DNA of 64,000 bases from Takakia lepidozioides. Its lineage: Eukaryota > Plantae > Bryophyta. This document shows, piece by piece, positions 39,028 to 52,526 of the stretch. The first letter of the stretch is position 1, and every line of letters starts with the position of its first letter. The position numbers were made by a program, and so were the translations under genes. Under the pieces are notes generated by a model, which searched no databases, was not told where the DNA came from, and saw only the letters and a list, made by a program, of their open reading frames with translations. Location: the NCBI GenBank assembly GCA_030704615.1, contig CM060731.1, positions 76,012,001 through 76,076,000 on the forward strand. The letters run 5' to 3'.

Positions 39028-42000
39028 TGTTAAATCACCTACAGGTGTAGGTATCAAGGTTCTAATCTTAGTAACAGTCCTCAGGGAGTTAGGTGCTATA
39101 ATGATGCTTACAGATATGTATGAAGTTATATTACCGTGTGGTAGATAGATAGGTCAGGCCAAGTGCTGGCAGCTGGTAGCTATTACTCCATCCTTAAATT
39201 AAGTCAAGGGCTTAGCCTAGTTAAATACCATGTGTGTTCATTCTTTGAATTATTCTATCCTAGTGTGTTCCTGAGCTGTTTGTAATACAACAATCTTTCA
39301 TGGTATCAGAGTAGGATAGGCGAGTGAATCATCGTATGTTTTTCTCATGGCTTTGAGGTCGCTAGGAAGTACCTCCACGTCGGTGTGTAGCATTGCTCCA
39401 CCAAGATCATAATATCTGTGATTCTAGCAAGATCGTAATCTACGAGCATTGCTGCAGACAATGTGTGTTTATTTTATTTTGCATCTCTCTTTGTATAGTC
39501 TCAAGATGGCCAAAGGGGGTAGCAGTTTTTCCATTTCCCAAGAAGATAAGCTTGCTGGAAAGAAGAACTATGAGGTGTGGAAGTTTAAAGTCAAAAACCA
39601 TCTTCTCATAGAGGATATCCTTGAATGGTTGAGAGGAGGATGGTCTTAGCTGAAGGTCAGAACAGGGATGAGTTTAGGAGGCAGAAACAACGTGCTTACA
39701 CCATTATCAATCTCTCTCTTACAGATAAGGTGATCCATTATGTCTCCCATCTCAACGAGCCTAAGGAAGTCTAGGATGCCCTAGCTAAGATGTACGATGA
39801 TAGATCTTCTGCCAGGAAGATGTCAGTGAGAAACAAGCTTCAAGGCATCAGAATGGAGGAGGGAGCCGAGTCCATGGAAGATTTTCTTGAGAAAATTACC
39901 AATCTGGTAGCCTAGCTCACCAGCTTTGGTGAAGAAATCAAAGAAGACACTGTCATGGAATATATCTTGAACGCGCAGCCAGAATCATACACTGCCTACA
40001 ATGATGCGATTATTGTGCAGAGGGAGCTCCCTAATCCACCAGAGCTGATCACGAAATTGTTACATGAGGAGAGCCGGCGAGAACTGAGGGGTCGAAAGTT
40101 GAACCACGATGAAGCGTTGTGGGTAAAGTTCAAGCAAGCATACAAACGAAATGGCAGACCAACTTGTCAACAAAAAACTTCATCATCTGTTTGCAATAGA
40201 TGTGGCAAGGAGGGCCATTGGGCTAGGAACTGTGCAATGTCATATGAGGAGATTCTGAAGGCAAGAAATCAGCAAATTGCCCACGTCGTTGAGGAGGCTC
40301 CAAAGGAGTCAGAAGAAGAGGATGACGACGATGAAGTAGCTGAGATGCTTGAGGTAGCATTGGTTGCCCTCAACACTCATGATGAAGGAGTTTGGTCGAA
40401 GAAAAAAACCAACCTTGTGGATCGTTGATTCTGACGCAAGTAAGCAGTATAATGCAAAATGGATCAATAAAGCACATAACCGATGTTCTTTACGTCCCTG
40501 GCATTACTCGTAATCTACTTTCTGTTAGTGCACTAGCTGATAAGGGCCATCTTGGTATATTTGACTATAGAAAGTGTTTGTTTGTGGAAAAAAAAAAAAC
40601 CTCACAAATTGATCTTGCAAGGAAAACGAATATCCTCTGGATTGTATAAATTATGGCAGTAGTAATATTGCCTCCCGACAAACGTCCTATAACTGCCAAA
40701 TGGATATATAAAGTGAAGAAGCAGGCAAATTGTGCAGCAAGCAAGCTTAAGGCACGCCTGGTGGCGCGTGGATTTGAACAGATTGAAGGACTGGATTTTG
40801 ACGAGACGTTTGCTTCTGATGTTAAATGGGCAACAATTCGGTTCATGATCGCTCTGGCTGTTCACGAAGGATGGCCTATTATCCATCTAGATGTGAAGAC
40901 GGCCTTCTTGAATGACCTTCTTCAAGAGGAGGTGTATATGGAGCAGCCCGAGGGCTTTGTTGTTCCAGGTTGTGAGGGATTGGTATGTTTGCTGCTCAAG
41001 GCACTTTATGGGTTAAAGCAAGCTCCAAGAGCTTGGTATGCCAATATTGATGCCTACTTGAGGACTCAAGGAATGCTTAAGAACAATGCGGATTACAACT
41101 TGTACTATCTGATTGAAGATGGCAAAATTGTACTTCTAGTGCTTTATGTTGATGATTTGCTGATCACATGAAGTCACAAGGAGAAGATGGCTTGGCTTCG
41201 TGAAGAACTCCTCAACAAATACGAGATGACTGACTTGGGTCTAGCATCTTTGTACTTAGCTGCAGAATTATCTCATATTCCTACAAGTGTCTTTGTATGC
41301 CAGTATCAATACATTGTGTCAATGCTGCCCCTTCCCCTTCACAGAGTGATGAGAGCCTTCAGCAGATCGGACACTAGTAGCACTACCGCCTCAGGGGTCC
41401 ATATCATGGAGAATCTTTGGATTGTCCGTCACATATAGCGTGCCCATGATCGAAGGCCTTCACCTGCTGACTAACATGGATGCACCCAAGGCAGACTCGG
41501 CAGTATACCGGAGGATGGTTGATAAACTCATTTACTATTGTAATACAAGGCCTGATCTTGTCTTTTCAGTTGGGATTGTGAGTAGATTCATGGCAGAGCC
41601 CCAACAGCCTCACCTTGATGCTGTTAAGCATATTCTCCGTTATATCCGAGGCACACTTGAGTTCGGAATTTTGTACCGCAGGGGCTCCAGCAATAAGCTA
41701 AACGGGTTTACAGATGCCGATTGGGCCGGTGATCACAATCAGCGGCACTCTACAAGTGATTACATCTTTCGAATTGGAGATGGTGCTGTAACTTGGTGCT
41801 CTAAGAAACAACCCACAGTCGCATTGTCGTCCACAAAAGTTGAATATAGGGCACTTACGAAAGCTGCGAAGGAAACCATGTGGTTGAGGAAACTTTGGGA
41901 AGAAGTTGGAATTTTGGGTGAAGGGCCAACTGCAATTCTTTGCGACAATCAGAGCAGCGCTAAAAATCCTGTTTTCCATGCTCGAACAAAACACATTGAA

Positions 42001-42505
42001 GTGCATCATCATTTCATTCGTGAAAAAGTGGAAAGCAAAGAAATCGACCTCATTCATGTTTCTACATGTGAGCAAGCGGCAAATATCTTCACAAAGCCAT
42101 TGGGGCGGATCAAGTTTGAGAAATTTAGGAGTAAGCTTGGCATGTGCAGTCTAGCAGATCAAAATGAGATGCTGGCAAAATCTCTTCACGTTCTCGACAT
42201 CTTGAAGGAATTAGGGTACCCGAGGACTGAGAGGGGGTGTTAAATCACCTACAGGTGTAGGTATCAAGGTTCTAATCTTAGTAATAGTCCTCAGGGAGTT
42301 AGGTGCTATAATTATGCTTATAGATATGTACGAAGTTATATTATCATGTGGTAGATAGATAGGTCCAAGTGCTGGCAGCTGGTAGCTATTACTCCATCCT
42401 TAAATTAAGTCAGTGCTTAGCCTAGTTAAATACCATGTGTGTTCACTCTTTGAATTATTCTAGCCTAGTATGTTCCTGAGCTGTTTGTAATACAGCATTC
42501 TTTCA
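39028..42505 (+). mobile_element. Ty1/Copia LTR retrotransposon, integrase deleted, degenerate
   Basis: LTRs 39028-39300 and 42238-42505 (TG...CA). PBS TGGTATCAGAG (Met) at 39301; PPT GAGAGGGGG; TSD TTTTT, with the empty site in the paralogous copy at ~47845. Gag CCHC knuckle, RT (KARLVARG, LYGLKQAPRAW, YVDDLL) and RNase H (FTDADWAG, RTKHIEV). Confidence 0.95.
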
Positions 42506-45500
42506 TTTTTATGCTAATCTACTTTTTGCATATCTTTTCCTTAATTTGCTTTAACCTCCTTTCCATACACATGCCTTTCCTCATTTAGCTTCCTACCTGG
42601 TTGAAACGCTGAAACCGAATTTGGTCTAATTATGTGTCCCGCACGTACACTAACTCCTTAGATGCTTCGGACATGACTGCATCAGTGAATGTGTGAATCC
42701 ACTTCACAACCAAAACACTTCTAAAATAATTTGAATCACATCGATTGAATCTGTATACTCCTGTAGCCACCCTTCTCAATTCCACGGTCGATCCCTTGGT
42801 CGGCCGTGTGCCTCTGTTGACTAAGGGATTTTATGCTATTTTAAGCCCACCGAAACTACACTAGCTAAGAAGATGTGCTCGTTGTAGCTAAGAAGGCCCT
42901 GGAAATGCAGGCCACAAACGCAACTAGAGTTGGTTTAAGGGGAATTATGTAGTGGTAGGGTGTTCATATATATGTCATTCACGGAAATACTAGACTGTTC
43001 AAGACCTCAATCCAGAACAGAAGTGAATTGTGATTGCACTGTAAAGTCACGCCTTATTTCAGCAGGGGCAGAGAGAGAGAGAGAGACAGAGTTTAATATG
43101 GAAATAGTGTGATATCTAGCTTTTCTCAGTAGGAGTCAGACAACTACAGTTGCTAAAGGTTTAAATTGTCTAAGCTGTTTTGAAGTATCCACCGTTCCGC
43201 AGCGATCTGGGAGGCATGGAAAGCTGCACAATCCAACAGGCCCTCTGCACGCTGCTGCATCACAGGCAGGCCAGGGATTAGTGCTAACCGTCGCCCCGTG
43301 CGAACTTCCCGAATAACGTTGCCAAGAGCCCAAAACAAAACAAATAACCCACTCCACGACCATGCATACAATAATCCCATATCGTTTGCCCGCGCTTGTT
43401 TGTGCATCCCAGTATAAAGCTACCGCTACTCCTCCAAACGCTTTGTCACACGCCCATCCGACACTTGTCGAAGATGAGCTGTGACGAAAACTTTAACACG
43501 AAGCAGCCAATATTTCAGCGGTCTACGAATTTGAGTGTGGTTGCGTGTAACCATAGTTGGTCTTAACTTCACCATGAGCAATGGAGATATCGAGGTGTTA
43601 CTGAACCTGATGCCAACAGATCAACTGGGGTAGAAGGCATCCCAGGTCTAGGACTTCTTAATCTTCCACTTCAAGCGCAACTAGGCTACAGGACTGATGT
43701 GGGTGAGAAGGTACAAGGCCAGCAGCTTGACTACAGCGTTGGAGAGAAACACAATACAATCACGGGTGATAAGAACCGCCTCAAAAGCTCAGGCACTGCA
43801 CCAAGGTGGAGTGGCCCACGTGAGGCTCAAGGGGCCCAAGTTAGAACACCTTATTAGAAGGAGAAAGACAAAAAGCAACTCAAAGCTCAAGTATTGCATG
43901 CAGGTGGATTGCCCCTTCCACCTGGGAGAGAGAGAGGTAGAGGCAGACGTGGAGGGACTTGGGTACAGGTGACCAAAGAGTGTTTGACAAATTACTCTGT
44001 GTGAAGGACAAAAATAAAATAAGCTAAAATGGTAGAACTGATTATGGAACTTTATGGAATTTTTGAAGGGACCTCAACATAACTTATGGAACTACCGTAT
44101 AGACAATAGTACTTGCGGAGTGCTAATCAAAGTCAGCTCTGTCCCTTTTCAACCAAAAAAAAAAAAAAAAAAAGTCAGGCTTGGTATGTCAATGGAACTC
44201 AATGTGAGAGAACTGAAGGTAATAAGATAACATATGGAACTGAAGCGAACTATGCGAAGGGAGCAGCGATTTGCTTTTGAAATTTGGAGAATAGCATGAG
44301 TGGCTACTGAGTCTTGCAAGAAATAGCCGTATATCCTGCTCATCCATTGAAATTTGGATAGAATCATCCTTCTCTGTATTTTCGTCCATAGATATCATCC
44401 ATATTTGGTAAATTCATCCTTAATTTATATTTTATTTGAAGAAGTTTGGTGATTTCATCCATGGAAAAGCAGGGAATTTGCGACAGAATATTCCACTTAA
44501 CTTCTTGAGGCCACTAAAAGATTGGCTGGAAGGGATCTGAGTATATTGGAACTCAATGTGATAACACTACATGAGGAGGGTGAGGCCCCACTGCGAATAC
44601 GGGCCCTCCCTTGCCATAGTTAGGCCTTGAGTTTTAGGAAGGCCCCGTCTTGAAAACGTTACTTTAGGTCAAGCATGGGAGCTTACACGCACAGAGATGA
44701 GAACATGTCTTGATTGTTCCCATTGACAGACCATGCGAGAGAGAAAGAGTGTTGCGTAGTTTGTGTGCATGCAATTCGCTCGCGAGAGGCTACTTGTTTT
44801 TTTCGCCGGCACATTTTTTGGAGTGAGGGGTAACGTAAAGTATATAAGAAAGCCACCCAACCGAGCTTCGCAAGGTGGCTGCAACCACCACCTTTCTCTG
44901 CCTGCAAATGTGCCAGTGCCCATCAAGTTTGGAGCAAGATCCATTTCAGCAACGAGGATGCGGCGCTGACGAGACCATGCAACCCCGGCCATGAATCAGC
45001 TTCAAGAAGAAAAGCACCCAGAGATTTTAAACCTGAAGAAGCTCTCCCAATGCTCCAACATTGCAGAAACCCACAACCAGACAGAGTGCAGCGTCACACA
45101 AGAAAGAATGCAACAACACTGACAGATCCTGCACAGTGAGTGTGCGCCCACACGAAGAAATCCAAGTATCCACGGTTCCGCAATCTGGGAGGCATGGAAA
45201 GCTGCACAATCCAACAGGCCCTCTGCACACTGCTGCATCACAGGGAAGCCAGGGGTTAGTGCTAACCGTCGCCCCCTGCGAACTTCCCGAATAACGTTGC
45301 CAAGAGCCCAAAACAAAACAAATAACCCACTCCACGACCATGCATACAATAATCCCATATCGTTTGCCCGCGCTTGTTTGTGCATCTCAGTATAAAGCTA
45401 CCGCCACTCCGCGGAACAATTCACCGCAAGCCCATCCGAGGCTTGACGAGAGCGGCTAGCGTGAAAGAGAAGCAGCCAACGTTTCGCGAGGTAGTGGATG

Positions 45501-45525
45501 AGAATGCGTGTTATCAGGTATGTAA

Positions 45526-46754
45526 CCCTTGAGTGTCAAAACTCATTTTCACCCTCTCGTGGAAAATATGACCCTGGCCCACAAAAAACAATTTGTCTAG
45601 AGAATCTCTGTGTCCCTGTAAAACTGGCCGTTGGAATTACTTCCCACCTACCACCTCCTACCACAAAAAGTTTCACCAAAATCCAACTGCCAGATCTGAA
45701 GATTATAAAGTGTAGAGTGGGGACAAAAAAAAATCTCCACGAAGAACTAGGTGCCCAAAAAAGCAGTTTTTTGCTCGTATTTGGGCATTTTTAATTTTTT
45801 CTGTTTGAGAGTCTCAAGAATGTTGTTCCATACCTGATAACACACATTCTCATAAAATTTCAGTTTTTTCTGAAATGTTCTCAAGTGGGCTCCTTTGTAG
45901 TGACAAATTGGGGAGTCAAAATATGCCATTTTCTTTGGGCAGGCCAAAATCTCTCTTCCTAAAATTATACAAAAAAATTCAGACGGTCAATCCCTAATCC
46001 CTCCGGTTGAAATGTCATGGGCTTCCATATGAAGTCCCTGAAAAACTTTGAGGCCAATCAGCCAATGCACCGCATCCTTAGGTTCCCTGCCCAAGACTTC
46101 AAATGTCACACCTTTGGTATAGCCTGCAGGCCTAGGATGTTTGGAGCCGTAGCCCAGAAGGGCGCGGGGTTTGGGAGCTCCTCTGGCTACCCGGCCCTGC
46201 TTTCGCGGGGGGGGCCACTCCACCCGCAACCCTATCAAACCCCCTACCTGGGTTTGGCCCACCCGAGATTTTCTCGAGCCGTGAGCTCTGCCGCCATCGC
46301 GGCTGCACTCCCTCCAGTCCGGCCTGCTATGAGCCCATCGTGTTGGCTGGAGCAGCCATCTCCGTCGATCTCAGGTTAGGATGCAGGCCTGGGAATACCC
46401 AGACCTGCGCAGGCCGCCATACCCACCGGGCAATCAATGGGTTGGGGGAAGCGTGCCGCCCATCCCTTTATGGGGTATCATTCATTCACCCTAACCTGAC
46501 CGCAGTTGCCATGTCAGCAACTTGGGCAGGTTAGGTGTGCCAAAATGGCCTCAAAAGCTGAGTTGGCCCCCTTCGAATTGATCGAGATCCCTACCCCTTC
46601 AGGCATTCACCAATTGGCCAATGTCATATGAAGGGGGACCCAATTATCTGTCCATTGAGCCAAAAAAAAAGGCCAATCAGCCTTAACCACAGGAAGTTAT
46701 GGCTAGTTGAAGAAACCTAACCAACCCAAAACGGGTCGGTTTGACACTTAAGGG
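45526..46754. mobile_element. Non-autonomous DNA transposon with piggyBac-type ends
   Basis: 15-bp TIR CCCTTGAGTGTCAAA / TTTGACACTTAAGGG (1 mismatch), flanked by GTAA on the left and TTAA on the right. No transposase. Confidence 0.6.
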
Positions 46755-47496
46755 TTAACCGAAGTCAGTGTTTTTCAATGCTCTCATTAACAGGAAGATA
46801 ATTGCTTTCCCAGTCGATGATTGGCCCTGGATTAGATGTACAAGCTGAAGGGATTCTGAGAGAAATGAGATCAGGCCTACATATTATAGTTTACAAGTCA
46901 TCTACATCTTTTTCTTCATGCATACACAGCTACGAGTTGGGGGTTGGAACCACATACAATACGACGTAGAGAAGTCGAATGAACTTGAGACTCCTCCAGT
47001 TCATTCGACGTGCCAGTGTCGTACTGCACGTCGTATCCGCAATGTCGTATAAACGAGTGGTTGAAACGACATCTTTTACATTTTCCTCCAATTTCCTGCA
47101 ATAGAAGTGCAAAGGTGCAGTCAGGAAACTTAGAACATGGATCAGGATCTGCTGACGGGTCTTAGGGGCAAGTCGGACAGGAGAACAGTACTAAATTGAG
47201 CAATGAGCAACTAACGATGGCACTGCGCCAAGTGCGTACGTGACCAGCTTTAGCTAGTCTATGCAGGCGGCTTTAGGGACTGGCACGATTGTTGCAATCT
47301 TCAATCAGTCAATCTTCGGATATTTGTCTTGGTAATCAAAAGCCTCAAAAAGCACTTGTTTGCTTCTGTCACCTTCTTTGGAATACAACTTGCTGCACCA
47401 ACTAATTCTGTCACCTTGCATCCACCGGCTTCTGTCACGTTCCTTGAAGTGCAACCTGCTACACCAACCAATTCTTTCACCTTGCTGCATCCACCG

Positions 47497-48062
47497 AGAG
47501 AGGACGCTTCCTACCCATAGCTGCGAGATCACGCTCCTTGGTCATGTCGCTTTTTTGCAGATTGCCCACGTTAGCCTGATCTGGAGCTGCTTCCCATAAC
47601 CAAGACAAATCCCGCAAATACTCTGGTTTCCACATGATACAGACGCACAATCTTGTTCCTGGCGCACACCACCCAACCCAGTAAACTAGAACACACACAC
47701 CCACAAACTGCAGTGCGAGTGAGTGAATCAACGAACACACCTGCAGCGCAAAACGAGAGCCTGCAGAGAGAGAGGTGCGAGACAGGCGGAATGAGATCAG
47801 GCCTTTACAAGGCATACCTGTATGTTTTCCCAAATCTGTTTTCCTATTTTTATGCTAATCTACTTTTCGCATATCCTTTCCTTAGTTTGCTTTTGCCTCC
47901 TATACATGTCCACAACCTGCTTTTTCCTCGTTTTTGCGTTGAAACCGAATTTGGCACCTGTAATTATGTGTCCCGCACGTACACTAACTCCTTAGATGCT
48001 TCGGACATGACTGATTCAGTGAATGTGTGAATCCACTTCACGACCGAAACACTTCTAAAATA
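47497..48062. repeat. Duplicate of 38677-39027 plus 42506-42728 (the pre-Copia-insertion state)
   Basis: Colinear similarity across the Copia insertion point (cctatttttatgctaatctac). Confidence 0.9.
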
Positions 48063-49474
48063 AACCCTACAAGCTTAAATGTACTTTTGCAAAGGCAAAT
48101 CTAAAATAGGCCTCAGCTTAATATTCTAACTCTCATGGGATGCAGGTATAATCCCTGTCGCATGGTAATGTCCCACAAACTCTTGATCATTACATGGGAG
48201 TGGCAACCCCGGAACTCCTAGCGGAGTGGTCGCAGGAAGAAGACCTAGGAGGAACACTTTAGTGAACGAGTTTAAGTTTTGGTCCCCTGACTTTAGCTCT
48301 GTGACGTGATTTTGAGCTCCTTCCCTATAGCTATTTGCAATCATCTCCAGGACTTGAGCTTTGTGGAATGGTCCTGAAATGTGGTGCAGGGTGAGTAAGA
48401 ACATAAAGTAGTGGGTAAGAACAGAAAGTACACTGAAAATATAGATGCCACCCATGCAACCAAGTCTACTAGTTGATCCAGTAACCTCAGATCATAGAGG
48501 CTTAGGAGTGTAAAGCCCCATTACTTGCTTACGCCTGGAAATAACCAGTTTCGTCCAAAACGGCGATACACATTCATAGTATATTTTTTTGGCGTATAAA
48601 GCCGTTAATCCGTTACAATGATGTTTAGGTTAGGGTTAGTTTAGGCTGGTGGCTTGATCCTGGCCCTTCATTAGATCTAGGGCTACAAGGCAGCACCGTG
48701 GGCTTGGGCCTATAAAGCCTCGCCACGCGGCGGGCCACTACGGTTAGGGCTTTTGTATAAAGACGGCGCCCTGACACAAGGTCAGGGCGGTGTACTCGGG
48801 TGTTGGTGTATATGTGATTTTGGTGTACAAGTTTTTGGATGAGAGCTGCTTAGTGTCTGATTCGTGTGTTTGATCCTCCTCTCGCGCGCTGCCTGCTCTT
48901 TCCGCTTGCCCCTTTGCTTCTTGAGAGAAAAAGAGTATATGCCTCAGGCTTGTTTTATGGTGGAGACGCCGGGTACTGTAGGCGTGGTGGTTCCTGCCCG
49001 CACACTGTCAGGATTAGTTAAGTCCTTCGCGGGATTTGCTCTACATCCTGCTGCCTAAGTGGTTCGCTAATGCGTGTTATCGATGACGGCTCCTCGTTTT
49101 GCCCTATTTTCTTCTGCTGTTGCTTGCGTTCCAGCCTTTGTTGTTTCATTGGGTTCTCCTGGTGGTAGGGATTATGATGATTTAGGGGAGGCAGGGGCCT
49201 GATCACCATGGTTTGAGAGGTCTGACAGCTCTCTAGATAGTTGTGACCCGGACTACTATAACTTTGACAATTTTGTGGATCCAGGCCCTGAATATTTTGA
49301 AAGTAGGCAGCAAGCAGCAGATTTGGAGAGAGACATTGAATTTTCGCAGGACGTAGATGATCTGTTGTGTGAAATATGTGACAAAGACTAGCTTTGGTTT
49401 GAGCGTGTGGAGAGAGCTGTTGTAGATGATCTTGCTGCACTAACCAGTCATCACGAAGCCCTGTTCAGCAACCT

Positions 49475-50125
49475 TTGCTTGAACCTAGTGCGGTGATATC
49501 CAGGGCCAGACAGCTTGCTAAGCGCGAATTTGAGCTACGCAACGAAGAGCGTCTACCATCCAGGGCGATCAAGTCGCGTTTTCTGAACCATCGTGAATTA
49601 ACCTGGTTGGAAGTTGGCTTGTATCTGCCTCTTTCTGGTGTTCGAAGTGCAGAGCTTCATCATGGCCCTCGTGTGGTAGGGCGAAGTTGGTTGTCGTTGA
49701 TGTTACAAGGCACGGGGGCTTTGATCTTGAGGGCACTACGGTTTCAGCTCCGGCCCTGCGCCTTGGCACCTACTTATTCACAGTTAATTGATGGTCTAAC
49801 AGGTGGGGCCTTGATAGTACAATCATCTGATCTAGTGGTCTTGGGTGTGGGCACTACCTTTGCTTCGCAGCGAGTGGTTCGCTCGAGCGCGTTTGAGAGA
49901 TTAAATGACTGTTCAAACTCGACTGTGCTTTCGCGCACCTGGAGAGAGGGTGATACCATCCGCGTTGGCTTTTGGCTTAAAAGAGCTGATGGTTGGGAGT
50001 GGCTGGCGTTGGGGATCTACGAGTTACAATCACACAAGGCGCTGAGGATGGTGTATTGTTCCACTTGGGTTTCAAAAGACAGCTCGCTAAGTGCTCGGCC
50101 CACGCTCCACATCCCTGCGGCTTAA
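49475..50125 (+). CDS. Extra ORF upstream of gag in element B; possible divergent SRA/YDG domain
   Basis: A 216-codon open frame with no ATG start. Motif order RF.N.REL...VGL..PLSGV / SLMLQG / DLVVLGVG / N...L...REGDTIRV / LGIYEL parallels the SRA consensus. Confidence 0.45.
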   Translation: MLEPSAVISRARQLAKREFELRNEERLPSRAIKSRFLNHRELTWLEVGLYLPLSGVRSAELHHGPRVVGRSWLSLMLQGTGALILRALRFQLRPCALAPTYSQLIDGLTGGALIVQSSDLVVLGVGTTFASQRVVRSSAFERLNDCSNSTVLSRTWREGDTIRVGFWLKRADGWEWLALGIYELQSHKALRMVYCSTWVSKDSSLSARPTLHIPAA

Positions 50126-50436
50126 AGGTTATGCCTCCAATCCAACCTCGTTTCTTGCATGCTAGGTGATTCTAGTACCGATATTGGTTGTTCCTGAACC
50201 TAGCTCCAAAATGTTGCCTTGTGTAGCTATGTGTCAAACACTTGGTCACTAAAAAGCCTCATATTCCCGGTGTTATTGTCCTTCTTACTTTTTGGAAACA
50301 TGTGGGTGTCCCTCACTATTAGTCTAAGTTCATCCCTCATTCACCTCTACTGTACTTTCGGCCAGCGGCTCTCCTGAATTATTCATGGACCTCTGTCTTC
50401 CAGATCTCAACCAACAACCTGCAAGCAGGTAATTTT

Positions 50437-52495
50437 ATGGTGAGTGATGATGAATTTTTGAATGTTGGGACAATGGGGGCAGTTGTAGAGTCCCCAACTG
50501 GTATTCCATTAGTTGATGAGGAGTCTGGGATAGCCACCCTCGAGGGCCTTTCTGTCTATGATCGGCGCGATGAGGCCTTGGTGGCTAGATGGACTGAGCC
50601 TACGCTGGCTAGGGAATTAAACATTCTGCCCTCCCATCCTCCTCATGTCCAGGGGATCAAAGGGTCTGGTTCAGATGTATGGGCTACTCCGAGCAGTATG
50701 CCGGCCCAGGTTGCTAACTTGAGTCCTAGGGTGCTGCCTGTTGTGAATTTCCCTAATCCCACTCTGGGGGGAGGGAACTTGTTGCCTGTGAATTCAGGTA
50801 TGCATGTGGGCAGTCTTCCTGTGTTGAACGTGCATGGTGTTGTTCAAGGTAGGGGTGTCATGATGCAAGGGCCCTCTAGTATGTCTGCTGCTCTGCCTCC
50901 TGCCATAGCTGGCCAATGTGTAGGGGCTCTCCCTGCTGCACAGGCTGGGGTGCTACCACATCTTGTCTCTAGCCATGGGTATGCATGCTAGCAATATCCC
51001 TCTTAGCAATATCAGATCTGTGTCAACACAACCGGTGGGAGTAGCATCCACTCTTCCCATGAGTGGCATGCCACAAACCCACTTGCAATCTACTAACTCT
51101 GCTGCTCAGCCAAGTGTGGCAATACCTGCTCTTCCCATGGGCATGGTGGCGTCATGTCTGTCAGCCTCAACTGCTACAGGATCAGTCAGTAATAATAATG
51201 TGAGTTATAATTCTGCATCTAATGTTGGATATGTGCATGGTAATGCATTTGTTTTGTTTCACTAACCTTTTATACGTTCATCCAATAGCTGCCACCAAGC
51301 ATTTGTTTATCATTCGTTCAGATATTTTAGTTGTTATGTTTCACTACCCTTAACCAGCATACGATTAGTTTATTATTAATGTGTTGGGTCAGTGAAAAAA
51401 TAGTTAAATATTTTTACTTCTTATTATCCACATATATATTGCTATATAATTTATGTATTGTTATTACACGTGCCATTGCTTAACTGGTTGTCTCAGTCAA
51501 CTCATTTAAGGTAGTCAAAGTCTCTCACTACAGTCAAAATTTTCACGGTTGTCTAGCACCTCGAATATTTTAATATAAATTTTGACTGCAAAATGGTTGG
51601 ATAAGTCGAAAGTGACAACAGTCAACGCCAGCGTCAAACTAAATCGTCGAAATTACATAGGGTGTGTTGTAGTGGGAGTGCCTGAGAATTTCAAGATGGC
51701 GATCTTTAGGATGAGCATGAAGGGACCAGCTCGTGACTTACTTCATGCAGCCGTCATGGATGATCCCAGCCTCAACTGGGCAACTCTAGTGGAATGGGCA
51801 AAGACCTTGTTCAAACCTCCTGAGAGGCCTCTGGATTGCTTTACCAAGCTTTCGGACAGAACTTACCAACCTGGGGAATCTTTGTGGAAGTATTACATGG
51901 ATCTTAAATTTGTTGCTGTTGAAAACATCATAGACCCGACAGAGAGGGATCGTATGGTCAAAAGGTATTTTCTCCTTGGGTTGCCTTCCACTATTCAGAA
52001 TTGGGCTCAGCGACGTCATTTTGTTGATGACAAGACTATGTTAGCAGAAATTAATCTTAAAATGGCAGACTTGACTGACAGCAAATCAATGCACCATCGT
52101 GCCAAGTTTCAAGCTCCAGTGGGCTCAAAGCTTGGCATGTCTGCAACATCCGCACCCTATGTTCCTCCTGCTAAGACATATAAAGCTGATGATTTTACTC
52201 TTCAGGGGTTGGCTAATACTGTGGGAAGTCTTAGTGAGTCTGTGGCCACTCAGTTCGCTGCCATGCAGGCTCATCAACAGAAATGGCATGGCAGCCTCGA
52301 CACAACCAAGGAACAACAGGGGGTAACAATAGAGGTCGAACCCAGACTAGGCAAGCCTATGTGGGCAATCGTGCCGCCTGTTACATTTGTGGGTTTTTTG
52401 AACACTGGACGAAGCATTGTCCAGACAGAGCAGGGTTATCAGAGCTGATCAAGAACAAGAAGACAACTAATGGCTTTTCCCCTCCTTTAAACTAG
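50437..52495 (+). pseudogene. Gag of element B, frameshifted, with an AT-rich insert at ~51250-51660
   Basis: AIFRMSMKGPARDLL, YQPGESLWKYYMDL, YFLLGLP and zinc knuckle CYICGFFEHWTKHCP. Confidence 0.85.
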
Positions 52496-52526
52496 CACGA
52501 TCTCTTGGGAAGGGGGCAAGAGGTCC
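52486..52526 (+). promoter_or_regulatory. Candidate -1 programmed ribosomal frameshift signal (gag to pol)
   Basis: T TTA AAC immediately before the gag TAG; stem gatctcttg/caagaggtc 6 nt downstream; the -1 frame is open into the protease. Confidence 0.75.

Noticed and set aside
43136-45385. Recurrent short ORFs (MVVEWVICFVLG..., MHKQARANDMG...)
   Set aside because: They recur only because of the DNA duplication, and frames differ between copies.
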